Positions 15,912 through 26,348 of a stretch of DNA of 64,000 nt are shown here, piece after piece. Below the pieces are notes generated by a model. That model searched no databases and was not told the DNA's origin. It saw only the letters and a list, made by a program, of their open reading frames with translations. Made by a program: the position numbers and the translations under genes. Positions within the stretch are counted from its first letter, which is position 1. Every line of letters starts with the position of its first letter. This stretch comes from a virus. Its lineage: Duplodnaviria > Caudoviricetes. The DNA lies in IMG/VR virus record IMGVR_UViG_3300013105_000022, positions 1 to 64,000 of that record. The stretch is one strand, 5' to 3'.

Positions 15912-15984
15912 GGGCCTGTAGCTCAATTGGTAGAGCACCTGCTTTGCACACAGGAGGTCGCGCGTTCGATTCGCGTCAGGTCCA
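15912..15984 (+). tRNA. tRNA-Ala(TGC)
   Basis: CCTGC-TTTGCAC-ACAGG; G3:U70. Confidence 0.9.
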
Positions 15985-16053
15985 CGGAAAGGGTCCGGTT
16001 CGTCCGTGATAAAAAAGAAAGACCATGTGTTACGCATGGCACCTTATCCCCAC

Positions 16054-16125
16054 GGGGGCACATGTACCAAGGTGGCGAGTCTCTTTTGCAAGGAGACTGG
16101 GTGGGTTCGATTCCCACTGTTTCCA
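16054..16125 (+). tRNA. tRNA-Ala(TGC), divergent D arm
   Basis: TCTCT-TTTGCAA-GGAGA; GTGGG-TTCGATT-CCCAC. Confidence 0.8.
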
Positions 16126-16170
16126 CGCGGACGGCGTTGAGTAGCTACACGCGCGTCGTCTCGCTGTAAT

Positions 16171-16230
16171 GGGCTGTATGAGACTGGAGAGTTTCGGTGC
16201 ACGAGGCGGGTTCGATTCCCGCACAGTCCA
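16171..16230 (+). ncRNA. 60-nt mini tRNA-Ala / tmRNA TLD-like RNA
   Basis: GGGCTGT/ACAGTCC-A with G3:U70, unpaired D region, short stem, perfect T arm. Confidence 0.65.
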
Positions 16231-16365
16231 CAAATAGCACCCAAGAACTTTCCTGAGGGTGCGAAGGGAGATACGGAAGTGACTCTCCTACCAACAAGAA
16301 CGGATTCCACTGTGGACAGCTTGACAAAAGAAGAATTCCACACCCTCGCACGAACGGGTGAGCTT

Positions 16366-16696
16366 ATGCTTACTACCGAAAGAGACGAGGAGCAGATCGC
16401 CACTCACCTTATCAAGGATCACGGCTGGATCAACGTGGACATTCACTACGAGAAGGACACAGAGGCGGGTTGGCTGAGGCTCTGGATCGACTGAGAGCAC
16501 GATAGTAGTACATAGACACCTTAGGAGTGTAGCTATGGACTACGAATACAATGACACCACTCTTCTAGAGACTCTGAAGAGTACCGACGTTCCTCGCATC
16601 CTCACGGATCGCGTAGATGGGACAGTCGTCTATGTTGCGTTGTCTGACGATGGGGAATCCCTAGTCGAGGTAGACATCGAGGAACTAGATGACTGA
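16366..16696 (+). CDS. Two small acidic hypothetical genes (16366-16494, 16535-16696)
   Basis: Open frames; the second has an AGGAG SD and overlaps the endolysin start. Confidence 0.55.
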
Positions 16697-17804
16697 CCTT
16701 GGCGGAGGACGTGGCTGGTTGAACCCGGACCCTGCCGCATCCCTATTCCGCATTGACAGCAAGCTGGGTCACCGTCTACAGGTTACCGAGGCCGGTCGCA
16801 CCTGGCAACGTCAGAATGAGCACTTTCAGCGCTACCTCAAGTACGGAGCGCCTATCGCTCTGTCTCCAGACGGACCCCCCAAGGGTAATGGTCCTAGCGT
16901 CCACCAAAAGGGTGCCGCTATCGACACTGACGAGGGTCAGAACTACGTACAGCTACTAGCCGATCACGGATGGATTCGCACCGTTTACCGCAACGGTAAT
17001 CTTGTAGAGCCGTGGCACTTCGAGTATTTCAAGAGCCGCGACAAGTACTACGGACAGGGTACCGGAGCAGGCAACCAGTCGAGTGCTCTAGATGTCGCAA
17101 CCATTAAGAAGCTTCAGACCGTACTTGGAGTCAAGGCTGACGGAAATTGGGGTGCGGGAACAACTACTGCACTTCAGAACAAGCTCATCGCTATCGGCTA
17201 CAAGATCAAGGCTGACGGCGATTTCGGACCTTCCACAATCAAGGCACTTCAGACCTTCCTTATGGGAGCGAAGAACGCTGACGGTGATTTCGGAGCTAAG
17301 AGCATCACCGCTCTGAAGAACTACTTGAACAACGGCGGAAAGTTCAGCCCGCCCGCAACACCGAAACCCCCCAAGGAGATTGAAGTGATTTCATATCACA
17401 GGGAGGACAAGACCTCTCGCACATCAGGTCGAAACCTAGCTCCAGGAGCAGGGTTCTATCTACACACGGTAGCCAACGTTCCCGCGTCGAATGCAAGCAA
17501 CGTCGTGGGCGGCGTAGGTTCCTACTCGATTACCCCTCACATCTACGGAACAGGAACTGCCGGTGACGTAGTTGAGATTCAGCTAATCTGGCAGAACACG
17601 AAGACCAAGCCCGCCATGAACAGCGCACACTACGTTGAGCGCCTGGTAGTGGACAAGGATGGGAAGATTCGTGCTTCTCGCGAGTTCAAGAGGGCCGTAG
17701 CGGCTGGATACGCCGTCTACCTACGTGTAGATGCCCCGAAGACAAATAAGGCCGCTGTGAAGATCACAGTAGCCGACGTGGATTCCTACTTGTTCGTTAG
17801 CTGA
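16689..17804 (+). CDS. Endolysin: M15-family Zn peptidase, peptidoglycan-binding repeats, C-terminal domain
   Basis: SVHQKGAAID and EPWHFEY motifs; three LQ..L...ADG.[WF]G..T repeats. Confidence 0.88.
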   Translation: MTDLGGGRGWLNPDPAASLFRIDSKLGHRLQVTEAGRTWQRQNEHFQRYLKYGAPIALSPDGPPKGNGPSVHQKGAAIDTDEGQNYVQLLADHGWIRTVYRNGNLVEPWHFEYFKSRDKYYGQGTGAGNQSSALDVATIKKLQTVLGVKADGNWGAGTTTALQNKLIAIGYKIKADGDFGPSTIKALQTFLMGAKNADGDFGAKSITALKNYLNNGGKFSPPATPKPPKEIEVISYHREDKTSRTSGRNLAPGAGFYLHTVANVPASNASNVVGGVGSYSITPHIYGTGTAGDVVEIQLIWQNTKTKPAMNSAHYVERLVVDKDGKIRASREFKRAVAAGYAVYLRVDAPKTNKAAVKITVADVDSYLFVS

Positions 17805-17825
17805 TTCGTCTGCTACACTCGTTAC

Positions 17826-17975
17826 ATGATGTTGACGCAGAGTTACCGCAAGCTCCACACCAAGGAGTGCATGTACGGTCGTAAGTGTTGCACCACGGAT
17901 GACCGCAAGAGCAGGGCACTTCGTCGCCACGGTCGTAAGATCGAGAAGCGACTGTGGAAGCGAGAAGTGTGGTAG
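17826..17975 (+). CDS. Small basic Cys/His protein
   Basis: MMLTQSYRKLHTKECMYGRKCC..RRHGRKIEKRLWKREVW. Confidence 0.6.
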   Translation: MMLTQSYRKLHTKECMYGRKCCTTDDRKSRALRRHGRKIEKRLWKREVW

Positions 17976-18028
17976 GCTTCTACTAATACGACTTAGGATT
18001 TTCTCGGGATGAGAGGGTCCTAGGTTCT

Positions 18029-18100
18029 GCCGGTATCGCCAAGAGGTAAGGCACTGGTTTCATACTCCAGAATACGTGAGTTCGAGTCTCACTACCGGTA
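18029..18100 (+). tRNA. tRNA with CAT anticodon (Met or Ile2)
   Basis: CTGGT-TTCATAC-TCCAG; GCCGGTA/TACCGGT. Confidence 0.85.
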
Positions 18101-18117
18101 CGCGAGTTGCATCGAGC

Positions 18118-18158
18118 AAGACCCCCTCCCGAGCACAAGGAGGGGGTTTCTTGTTTTC
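18118..18158 (+). terminator. Terminator ending the tRNA island
   Basis: ACCCCCTCC..GGAGGGGGT followed by a T-rich tail. Confidence 0.85.
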
Positions 18159-18185
18159 TTAGCGCATCGTGCGTATACATGCAAC

Positions 18186-19052
18186 ATGGGAAAGATTGTC
18201 ACCATCAAGAAGACCACCCCGGCGCAAGCCGTGAAGATCACCACGCCCGAAGAGGAGAAGGTCGTTAGGGGTTGGCTTGCGGACATGTTCGTAGCCGAGT
18301 ACCCCGATCAGATCAGCACCCGTGAGCAGGCCGAAGAACTGGCGGAAGCTCAAGAGCTTGAGCCTGTAGTGCAGGCCGGGTTCTGGTTCGCCCGCGACCA
18401 CGGAAGCAACATCGTCTACATGATCGAGCCTGACGAGTTCGAAAAGGCACATGAGGTCGTATCGTCTCAGGATGTTCTGGGCGAGGCTTCAGCGTTCAAG
18501 ATTGCGAAGTAAAACATGATTCTGCTTGTCATTCTGCTCTACCTCGCGCTGACCGTTGGCATCGTCGCGTTCGACGCTTGGATTCTCACCATCCACGTGC
18601 CGACCATCGCCGCTGACCCCAGTAACTTTGGTGCATGGTTCTGGATCATCCTCACTCTGACGCTGACCATTTTTGGCGGTACGAGAGCGGCCAAGGAGTA
18701 ACCAATGAAGAAGATTCTTGCCGGTCTCGCAGTAGCAGGAGTGCTGGCACTGTCTGGATGTTCAGGGGGGTTCCTGACCATCGACACTGAGCAGGCCGCA
18801 GACTTGTGTGACGTGCCATCGGATGACGGAACAATCAGCTTCGTCGGAGCCAAGGCAGACGATGCCCAAGCAATGTCTGACATCTCGTGTGTGCTGTATG
18901 CGCTTGACGTGTCAGAAGCTACGGTGACCCGCATCGAGACGACAAGAATGATCGACGGTGTGCAGACAGATAGCTGGCAAGGGGTAACCGCTACGTGGTC
19001 GTACGATGACTTCAACGGGTTGACTCTCGTGTTGGAGCACAATAACCGATAG
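18186..19052 (+). CDS. Three-gene operon: hypothetical (18186-18512), 2-TM protein (18516-18701), lipoprotein (18705-19052)
   Basis: Leaderless start; LSGC lipobox in the third gene; terminator ~19076-19122. Confidence 0.75.
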
Positions 19053-19168
19053 TAGTACCCAATAACCGCAAGAGGAACAGGCCGGGTGAGTGTCTATAAG
19101 GGACACCCCGGCCTGTTTTTCGTTTATTGGGGTTGACACACCCGCACCGAGTCTGTATCTTCGTATGC

Positions 19169-19633
19169 ATGGAGAGAGACTTCTACCGCATCGAGTGCGA
19201 AGAGACGGGCGTTGGCCCTTACCAGTCGGGTGAGTACGCCTGTATTGAGACGCCTAGTTCTGACCGGCATCCCACACCCTGGAACGAGGGTCTGTGGGAC
19301 CGTGATCGAGCCTTGGACGATGACTACCACCAGGACCAGCAGAACTTCGTCTGCGGGTTCGAGAGCATCGAGCAGTTGCTTAGGTGGTTCGATGTGAAGT
19401 CCCTTAGTAACATCGAAAGACTCGGACTGAAGTACAGCCGTCACTACAACGTGATCCGCTTCCGTTCTCGCGTCGAGCACATGCGCGTAGCCAAGTGCCA
19501 GGCCGTGGCACGTAAGGTCTTCCTGATCGAGGTCTCACGGCTGACGCTGAGCGACTTTATCAACTCAGTGCGGATTCCTGAGGAGGCCAAGGCCTTGACT
19601 TACGCTGGAGAGAGGGTTAGGCTGAACTCATGA
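19169..19633 (+). CDS. Conserved-looking phage protein (YRIE..GPY..HPTP..GFESIEQL..WF)
   Basis: Leaderless after TTGACA-N17-TATCTT. Confidence 0.75.
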   Translation: MERDFYRIECEETGVGPYQSGEYACIETPSSDRHPTPWNEGLWDRDRALDDDYHQDQQNFVCGFESIEQLLRWFDVKSLSNIERLGLKYSRHYNVIRFRSRVEHMRVAKCQAVARKVFLIEVSRLTLSDFINSVRIPEEAKALTYAGERVRLNS

Positions 19634-19975
19634 CCGAGAACTATGAAGAATACGTAGAGCGCAAGTGGCAGGAGTACGTCTCCCAGCCCTCCAACTTCGG
19701 CGCTGACGACCTGGCCACTCGACTGGCTGAAGAGGACGCATACAAGGCCGGAGCCAAGGCCATCTACGACGAATTCGTGCCGTTCTAATGTCTCTTCGAC
19801 AGGATTTCAGCGTCATCTCTGACGATCAGCTTGTGAAGATTCACGAGCGGGCACAGGCTGAGGTAGCAGACTGCCTCAGTGGAGGATTCCTCACCCTCAC
19901 AGCCAAGTACACCAAGATCGCGAAAGCGGCTGAGCGGGAGCTTAGGAGCCGTGCCAGATTCAACAAGGGCAAGAA

Positions 19976-20233
19976 ATGACAGACACACTGGAGATTGTGG
20001 ACCTGGAGGAGTTGATCCTTGAGGACGACACGCACTGTGAGTTTCGGCACAACGAGTCTTTGGAGTGCTCAATCGAGGTCACACACCGGATGACGGCCAC
20101 GTGCATGGGCGAGAGCTTCAACGTCTGCAAGAATGCCGCCATGCAGAAGCTGAGGCGCATCGACGATGGTAAGACCATCTGCTCAATGTGTAAGCGCAAA
20201 GCAGGAGTGTGCTGGAGAATCATTCCTATCTAG
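19976..20233 (+). CDS. Cys-rich Zn-binding protein (paralog of 40340-40627)
   Basis: Shared C/H spacing and C-terminal CW...PI. Confidence 0.7.
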   Translation: MTDTLEIVDLEELILEDDTHCEFRHNESLECSIEVTHRMTATCMGESFNVCKNAAMQKLRRIDDGKTICSMCKRKAGVCWRIIPI

Positions 20234-22043
20234 GGGTTGACACAGCGCAGTGTCGTACCCTAAGCTGGTGATAACCAACCGAAAGGAACACATCATGGCA
20301 AACGACGAACGTCTCTTCGTAGACAAGCTGGCTGAAGTCATCCGACGTGCTGACGGCAACCACGACATGGGAGCCGGGGCACTGGCGGACGCTATCGCAG
20401 ACTCTGGACTCTTGTACGAACTGGAGCAGGCCGCAGAAGATCGCGGCTACGAGAAGGGCCGTGATGCGGGCTACGCCATCGGTTGGGACAACGCCCTGGA
20501 CGCCGCCGCTTGGGACAGGGACGGTGAGTGACATGAGCGCAACCCCGCATCCTCTTGATCCTTTTGTCCCGAGCGCTAAGGCCGTAGAAGAAATCTACGC
20601 TGGCTCTCTGGTAGTCACGGAAGGCGAACCTGAAGAGGAGTATGTCGCAGAGTTCCGCCGCATGCTCGCCGCCGAGAAGGCCAAGGCCTGGTACGAGGGC
20701 ATGGAAGCCGGACAGGACGCAGTAATCACCAAGTCTTACACACCGAACAACCCATACGAAGACGAGTAAGGAACAAGAATATGACCGAGAACGTGGAAGT
20801 ACCGGACGCGCTGGTTGCCATCGGTGACCAGATTCAGGAGACGGTGAGCAACAGTCTCTACCCCATCGCCGCCGTCATCATCCTGGCAGAGGATGGCAAC
20901 GTGGAGATTCGCGCGCAGTTGGACGAACCGACCATGCGTGAAGCTCTCTTCTACATCGCGGAGACGTTCTAATGAGTGACGCAGGACTGAAGCAGTCTCA
21001 GGCCTACACGGCATCCCTGCACAAGCTCGCAGAGGCAGAGAAGAACCTGGACGACTTGCTGGATGGCAACTTCGCCTCACTCAAGGACATCCAGACCGCT
21101 AAGGATCGACTGATCGCGGCTAAGGCAGAGCGCAACGTCGCCTACAAGGCATACACCAACCCGTTCGGCGTGAAGAAGACAGTCTAAGTCTTGACATCCT
21201 GCCGGTGAGTCTGTATCGTCGTATGCATGAGACACATCCCACCGGCAGGACAGAGCATCCTTATCCACAAGGCGAGTGCTGACTGCCCCTGCAATCCAAC
21301 CAAGACCGTCAAGAACATCGGACGTGCATCAGGTAGGCGCGGAGGACATCAGGGATACCGTCAAGAGATTTCGTTTCAGCACAACACACTGGTAAGGGAG
21401 AACGCATCATGAGCGAGGGAACAGTGATCTTCGAGCGGGAATCCGACTGGATGGGCCGCTACCGTGTGGAGACTAAGACAGTCGAGGGATACTGGGAGTC
21501 TTCTTGGGTTCTGGATCGCACCTACGAGACGCCCGAGAGTGCCATCTCTCGCGCAGAGAATCTTCTCTACAAGCGCGGAATTGACTACGTTCGCGTAGTG
21601 GACACCGAGGATGGCGAGTGATGGGCAAGATGACGATGCAGTACCTGACCGCCGGGGCACTTGTCCGTGGTCAGATCAAGAATCTCTTTCGTGACATCGA
21701 GATGCAAGGTGGCACGGTCACGTACAACGAGCACAAGGGATTCTTTGAGACGACGTTCACAAACATCAGGATCGAGGCGGACGACCATATCATCCGTCGC
21801 GTTCACCGCATCATCAGTGATGCAACAGGACGGATGATCTAGTGGACAGTCCCTGTGAGTGCATCGCGTGTGATGCCGTCTTCGACTCAGAGACGAATTT
21901 CATCACACGCCCCTATCGCATCGTTTGCCCCGAATGCGGGCAGGTACAGCCGACAGAGGCTGACTGGAAGTTCTACTACGGGGGTTGACATCTGCCTGTG
22001 ATGTCTGTATCTTGGTGAGTACCAACCACTTGAGGAGGAAGAC

Positions 22044-22514
22044 ATGTTCTGGAAGAAGAAAGTAAAGAACCCCACGAACAAAACCGCCGTGCTCAACACC
22101 ATCGAGGACGGAATCCGTTTCGCAATGGAGCACGGAATCTCCGTCTCGGACTACATGAACACGACTGATCCTTTCAGGTGGAAGTCTGACTATGAGTCGG
22201 TCGAAAGCCAACTGAAGCGGTTGTCTGATTTGGCCGTGAAGTTTCGCAAGCAATCTCGGGAGTACGCCATCCTGTACCCCGGAGGAGCCGACTACAATTT
22301 CAATGTCCGTCTGACTCAGTTCGTCGCTGACGAGAATTTCAAGAAGAAGATTCTCAATGAGACCATCGAGCGTGAGGTAGAGGTACAGCGCTCGCGTGCT
22401 ATGGTCGAGGCCGTTCGCGCCGGTAAGGACACGCACCCGCAGTTCCTCGCACTCGTGGATGCCAAGAGCCTGGACGACATCAGACAGGCTGAAAGCATTC
22501 TGAAGAGGGCTTGA
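22044..22514 (+). CDS. Hypothetical protein (paralog of 25400-25858)
   Basis: Shared C-terminal G...HP....L..A...D.I motif. Confidence 0.75.
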   Translation: MFWKKKVKNPTNKTAVLNTIEDGIRFAMEHGISVSDYMNTTDPFRWKSDYESVESQLKRLSDLAVKFRKQSREYAILYPGGADYNFNVRLTQFVADENFKKKILNETIEREVEVQRSRAMVEAVRAGKDTHPQFLALVDAKSLDDIRQAESILKRA

Positions 22515-23384
22515 CACCCGCTGGATCATCACCTAAGCTGGTACTACCAACCAACACAGGAGGACATCATGACCACGCACAACACTCTCAAGTTTCTTCG
22601 TGAGTACGCGGAGGAGCACAAGGACGGATTCAGGAACGGTGTCGAGTACATCGAGAACCGTGGATTCCTCGACGGCTTCGGCGTAGAGGCCGTTCTGGAG
22701 GGCATGGCCAAGCAGGCATTCGCCCGTGACTTCGACAACATCATCAGTCGAGGAGACACCGCAGACGCGGAGGGCGAAGACCCCGAGTGGGCCGCACGCC
22801 TTGAGCACATGACCAATGTGGTTGATCGCGTGCTCAAGACGACTCTTCTTTTCAACAGTTCGTCGTACGGTTCGAACACCCTGGACCTTTACAAGGTCAA
22901 GGAGGCGCAGAAGCTGACCGACAAGCTGAACTGGACCCGCGCACTGGACAAGGCTGAGTGACATGACTTACGTGGACGACATGAACAAGATTTTCAGCTT
23001 CAAGGATGCCGTCAAGACGGTTGAGAACATCCTGAATGTGGCACGTGTCGAGAGGGATATCATCTCGGACACATCTCACGTGTTCTATCAGGACAAGGAC
23101 GCGGCATGGAACCGCGCACAGGAGCGCGTCGAGGTACTGGAGGACGTGCTGGAGGCTCTGAGCAACGAGACCGGCATCTCTCACCACGTGCGGGCACACG
23201 ATGAGCGGGGGGTCGTGCTGTGATGGATGTTCTACTACACGGCGTCGGGTACGCCATCGGCATCATCGCCTTTCTCGCAGTCGGGACAAACACACCCAAA
23301 AAAGTTTCCCGAAAGTAGTTGACACACGTCGGCATCACCGTCTAAGCTGGGTACATACCAACCAACACCACTTAGGAGCACATC

Positions 23385-23738
23385 ATGAACGAGAACTTCG
23401 ACGGCACCGACGACATCATGGATTCCCGCGACATCACGGCTCGCATCGAGGAGCTTGAGGCCATCGCAGTCATTGACCGCGACGAGGAGGAGCAGGACGA
23501 GCTTGACGACCTGTACGAGCTTCAGGAGCAGACCTCCCACATTTTCGAGAACGAAGAGTCTTTCATTTCGGATGACTACTTCCCCGAGTACGCCAAGCAG
23601 ATGCTGGAAGATGTCGGCTACATCTCCCCCGAGTTCCCTTCCTGGATCGCGATTGACTGGGAAGAGACCGCAAACAACATGCTCATCGATTACACATCTT
23701 ACGAGTTCCGGGGCACCACCTACTGGGCACGTGACTAA
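23385..23738 (+). CDS. ArdA-like acidic antirestriction protein
   Basis: Very acidic; EYAKQMLEDVGY..P..IAIDWEETA..L..DY resembles the ArdA C-terminus. Confidence 0.55.
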   Translation: MNENFDGTDDIMDSRDITARIEELEAIAVIDRDEEEQDELDDLYELQEQTSHIFENEESFISDDYFPEYAKQMLEDVGYISPEFPSWIAIDWEETANNMLIDYTSYEFRGTTYWARD

Positions 23739-23755
23739 GGACCACGCGCTATAGC

Positions 23756-23812
23756 CCCGATCCCCCGAACCTAGGCAACTACTCTGGCTTAGGTTCGGGG
23801 GATTTTCTTGTG
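23756..23812 (+). terminator. Intrinsic terminator
   Basis: ATCCCCCGAACCTAGGC..GCTTAGGTTCGGGGGATTTTCTT. Confidence 0.8.
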
Positions 23813-24465
23813 TTTGGGGGTTGACATGTGGTGCACGTGTCCCTAAACTGGACACATGACGAACTCACCTGAAAACAACGCACTTCTCGGAAGCATCCTC
23901 ACGGGAATGATTCGGGACTCTCACTCAGTGACCAACAGCCTGATCGATGGGCACCTGGACGCGGCTATCAACTGGGCCAAGAGTTTTGAGGAACTGTATC
24001 AGCGACTGGAGTACGCCATCGAGAGCGGAAACATTCTTCAGGCGCGGCGCATCCTGGATCAATTCGCCTACGATTACGACGACGTACCTCGCGCAGTCGA
24101 GCACTACGAGAACATGAAGATGGGACGTGTATCATGAACCTCACAAATGACGGACTCAAGATCATCACCGCTGACAAGCTGGAGCTTGACATGGTTATCC
24201 CCGGCAAGCTGACGGGCCATGACCACACTGTTACGTACGTGCTTCGCAACCATCGCGACAGCCTTCTTGGCACGTGCGTTTTGGTTCACACGTGGAACGA
24301 GGAAGAAGAATTCTCGGGAGTGTACAAGTTCCGCACGTTCGACAAGATCACGGTCAAGCCGTGAGCATCGACACTCTGCAAGCAGTAGCCATCATCGCAG
24401 GACTCAGCGCGGCTGGAGCATTCTTGATCTTGCTCGGAGTCGCTTTCAAGAAATGGAGCTAGATC

Positions 24466-24855
24466 ATGCGCGTCTTCGAGACTATCCCCGACTTCGGTGC
24501 CACGCTTGACTGGGACATTGAGGAAATCTTGGAGCGCCCGTCAATCGATGTCAAGCGCAAGGACTGGCAGAACATCGCAGACACGTGGGCGGATGTGCTG
24601 GAGGACAAGCGGAACGACTACAACTATCAGGACATCGTTACATCGCTTCGCACATGGGGATTCGTGAGGCCATTAACGGCACGTGTAGCTGACGGACAGC
24701 TTCAGTTCGGTGACGGGCATCACCGTCTCGCCGCATCCATCGAGCTTGGCTGGGCAGTCGTGCCGGTCGTGGTTCGGGATGGTTGGGTAGTCTCTCAGGA
24801 TTCGGGTTGCTGGAATTTGCGAAATGGTATTGACGTAGCTCGGAACATGGCCTAG
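24466..24855 (+). CDS. ParB/Srx-like domain protein
   Basis: SLRTWGFVRPL..DGHHRLAASIELGWAVVPVVV. Confidence 0.8.
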   Translation: MRVFETIPDFGATLDWDIEEILERPSIDVKRKDWQNIADTWADVLEDKRNDYNYQDIVTSLRTWGFVRPLTARVADGQLQFGDGHHRLAASIELGWAVVPVVVRDGWVVSQDSGCWNLRNGIDVARNMA

Positions 24856-24893
24856 AGTAGGTACTACCAACCAACACCACTTAGGAGCACATC

Positions 24894-25403
24894 ATGGGCC
24901 GTTCAGTTATGACTCTCTCGGATGCAACCACCATCGCATACGACCACCTGGAGCCTGACGAAGAGTTTTACCGTGAGCAGTTCAACGAGGACATCGCGGA
25001 GGGCTACATCGATGAAGATGAGGACTTCGACAGCTACATGTGGAGCCGCTACAACGACAGCGCGGCTGACGACTTCGAGTTCTACATCGAGGGTGTGCAG
25101 TCGGCACTCAAGGAAGCATTCCCGTCTTTCGAGGACGCAGACGAGTGGGCAGGCTCTGAGCTTCACATCATCGCGCAGAACGCACACAGCATCGTGACCA
25201 TCAGCGAGTACTGTGGAGCCGTGGCCATCTGCCTGGGACCGCGTTACGACCGTGGGGAGTTCTGGATGGACGGCACCGAGCTTGCAGGACTGGGCGAGGC
25301 CTGGCGCAAGAAGATTTCTGACAGCTTCGAGTCGATGTTCAGCACCATGACCAAGCTGGGCACCGCTTCGAACGGTGAGACTTTCTTTCAGGTCGCATCA
25401 TGA
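24894..25403 (+). CDS. Highly acidic protein, possible DNA mimic
   Basis: D/E-rich with aromatic residues; early promoter and leader. Confidence 0.7.
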   Translation: MGRSVMTLSDATTIAYDHLEPDEEFYREQFNEDIAEGYIDEDEDFDSYMWSRYNDSAADDFEFYIEGVQSALKEAFPSFEDADEWAGSELHIIAQNAHSIVTISEYCGAVAICLGPRYDRGEFWMDGTELAGLGEAWRKKISDSFESMFSTMTKLGTASNGETFFQVAS

Positions 25404-25858
25404 ACATCTTCGAGTGGCACCGGCGTCGGTTGCTGGAAAAGGTAGTTGACATGTCGATGCAGTACGGCGTACTCATCTACTACACCAATCCCTACTACAG
25501 CTACAATGACCCTGAGCTTAAGGTGAAAGTCCCGGAGACCGATTACCAGAGGACCGTCGAGGGGCGGCACGAGACCGCACGTCGCACCATCCAAGAGCTT
25601 TCGAGCAAGCCACTTCAAGATGTAAGGCGGGCATACCGCCGCGCACGCCGTAGCGGGGCAAACCTGGATGTGCAGACAGCACTCTACAACCGCGTGGACG
25701 AAGAGGCGGTAAGCGCCATGCGTACAGACGCTATGGTTACTCTGCTTCGGACTGGGCGCGAGGATCACCCGGCCTATGTCATGTTGGCAGAGGCATCCAC
25801 GGTAGATGAAATCAAGTCGATCAAGCAACGTGCAGAGCGCATGCAGTTGGAGAGGTAA
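25400..25858 (+). CDS. Hypothetical protein (paralog of 22044-22514)
   Basis: ATGA overlap; shared C-terminus. Confidence 0.75.
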   Translation: MNIFEWHRRRLLEKVVDMSMQYGVLIYYTNPYYSYNDPELKVKVPETDYQRTVEGRHETARRTIQELSSKPLQDVRRAYRRARRSGANLDVQTALYNRVDEEAVSAMRTDAMVTLLRTGREDHPAYVMLAEASTVDEIKSIKQRAERMQLER

Positions 25859-26252
25859 TCATGAGCACGACAATCCCCATGACCATCAACGATGTCAAGA
25901 ACAAGATTCTTGCCGACATGGACGAGGCAGAGCGCCTTGACGCCATCGTGGGTGAGACACGAGATGGAAGCTACATCATCCTGACCGAGCATCGCGTTAT
26001 CGAGGTCTACACGTCGGCAGGAGTCATCTATGCCGGTACCAAGAGCACCACGGGCAACTGGGACACTCAGGAGATGTGGACGGCATGAAAGTGAGAATCA
26101 AGAGAGTCTACGACTGGGCAGGGTTCGTAGAAGCATTTCACTACCACGTGACATGCCGCGTGTTCGGTCACAAGATGACCTTGCAGAAGATGAGCGGCAA
26201 GCTCTGTGCACGTTGTCGTCTCTTCGAGCGCACGCAGTGGAACGATAACTAC

Positions 26253-26267
26253 TGAGAATCATTCTCA
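26253..26267. promoter_or_regulatory. 7-1-7 palindromic operator TGAGAATCATTCTCA (also 27303-27317; degenerate at 26907-26921)
   Basis: Perfect palindrome ~13-14 bp upstream of TTGACA in consecutive promoters. Confidence 0.6.
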
Positions 26268-26348
26268 TCTAGAAAATAGCTTGACATGTGTGTTCGGTGA
26301 CCCCTAGAGTAGGTACTACCAACCAACACCACCTGAGGAGCAGGAATC

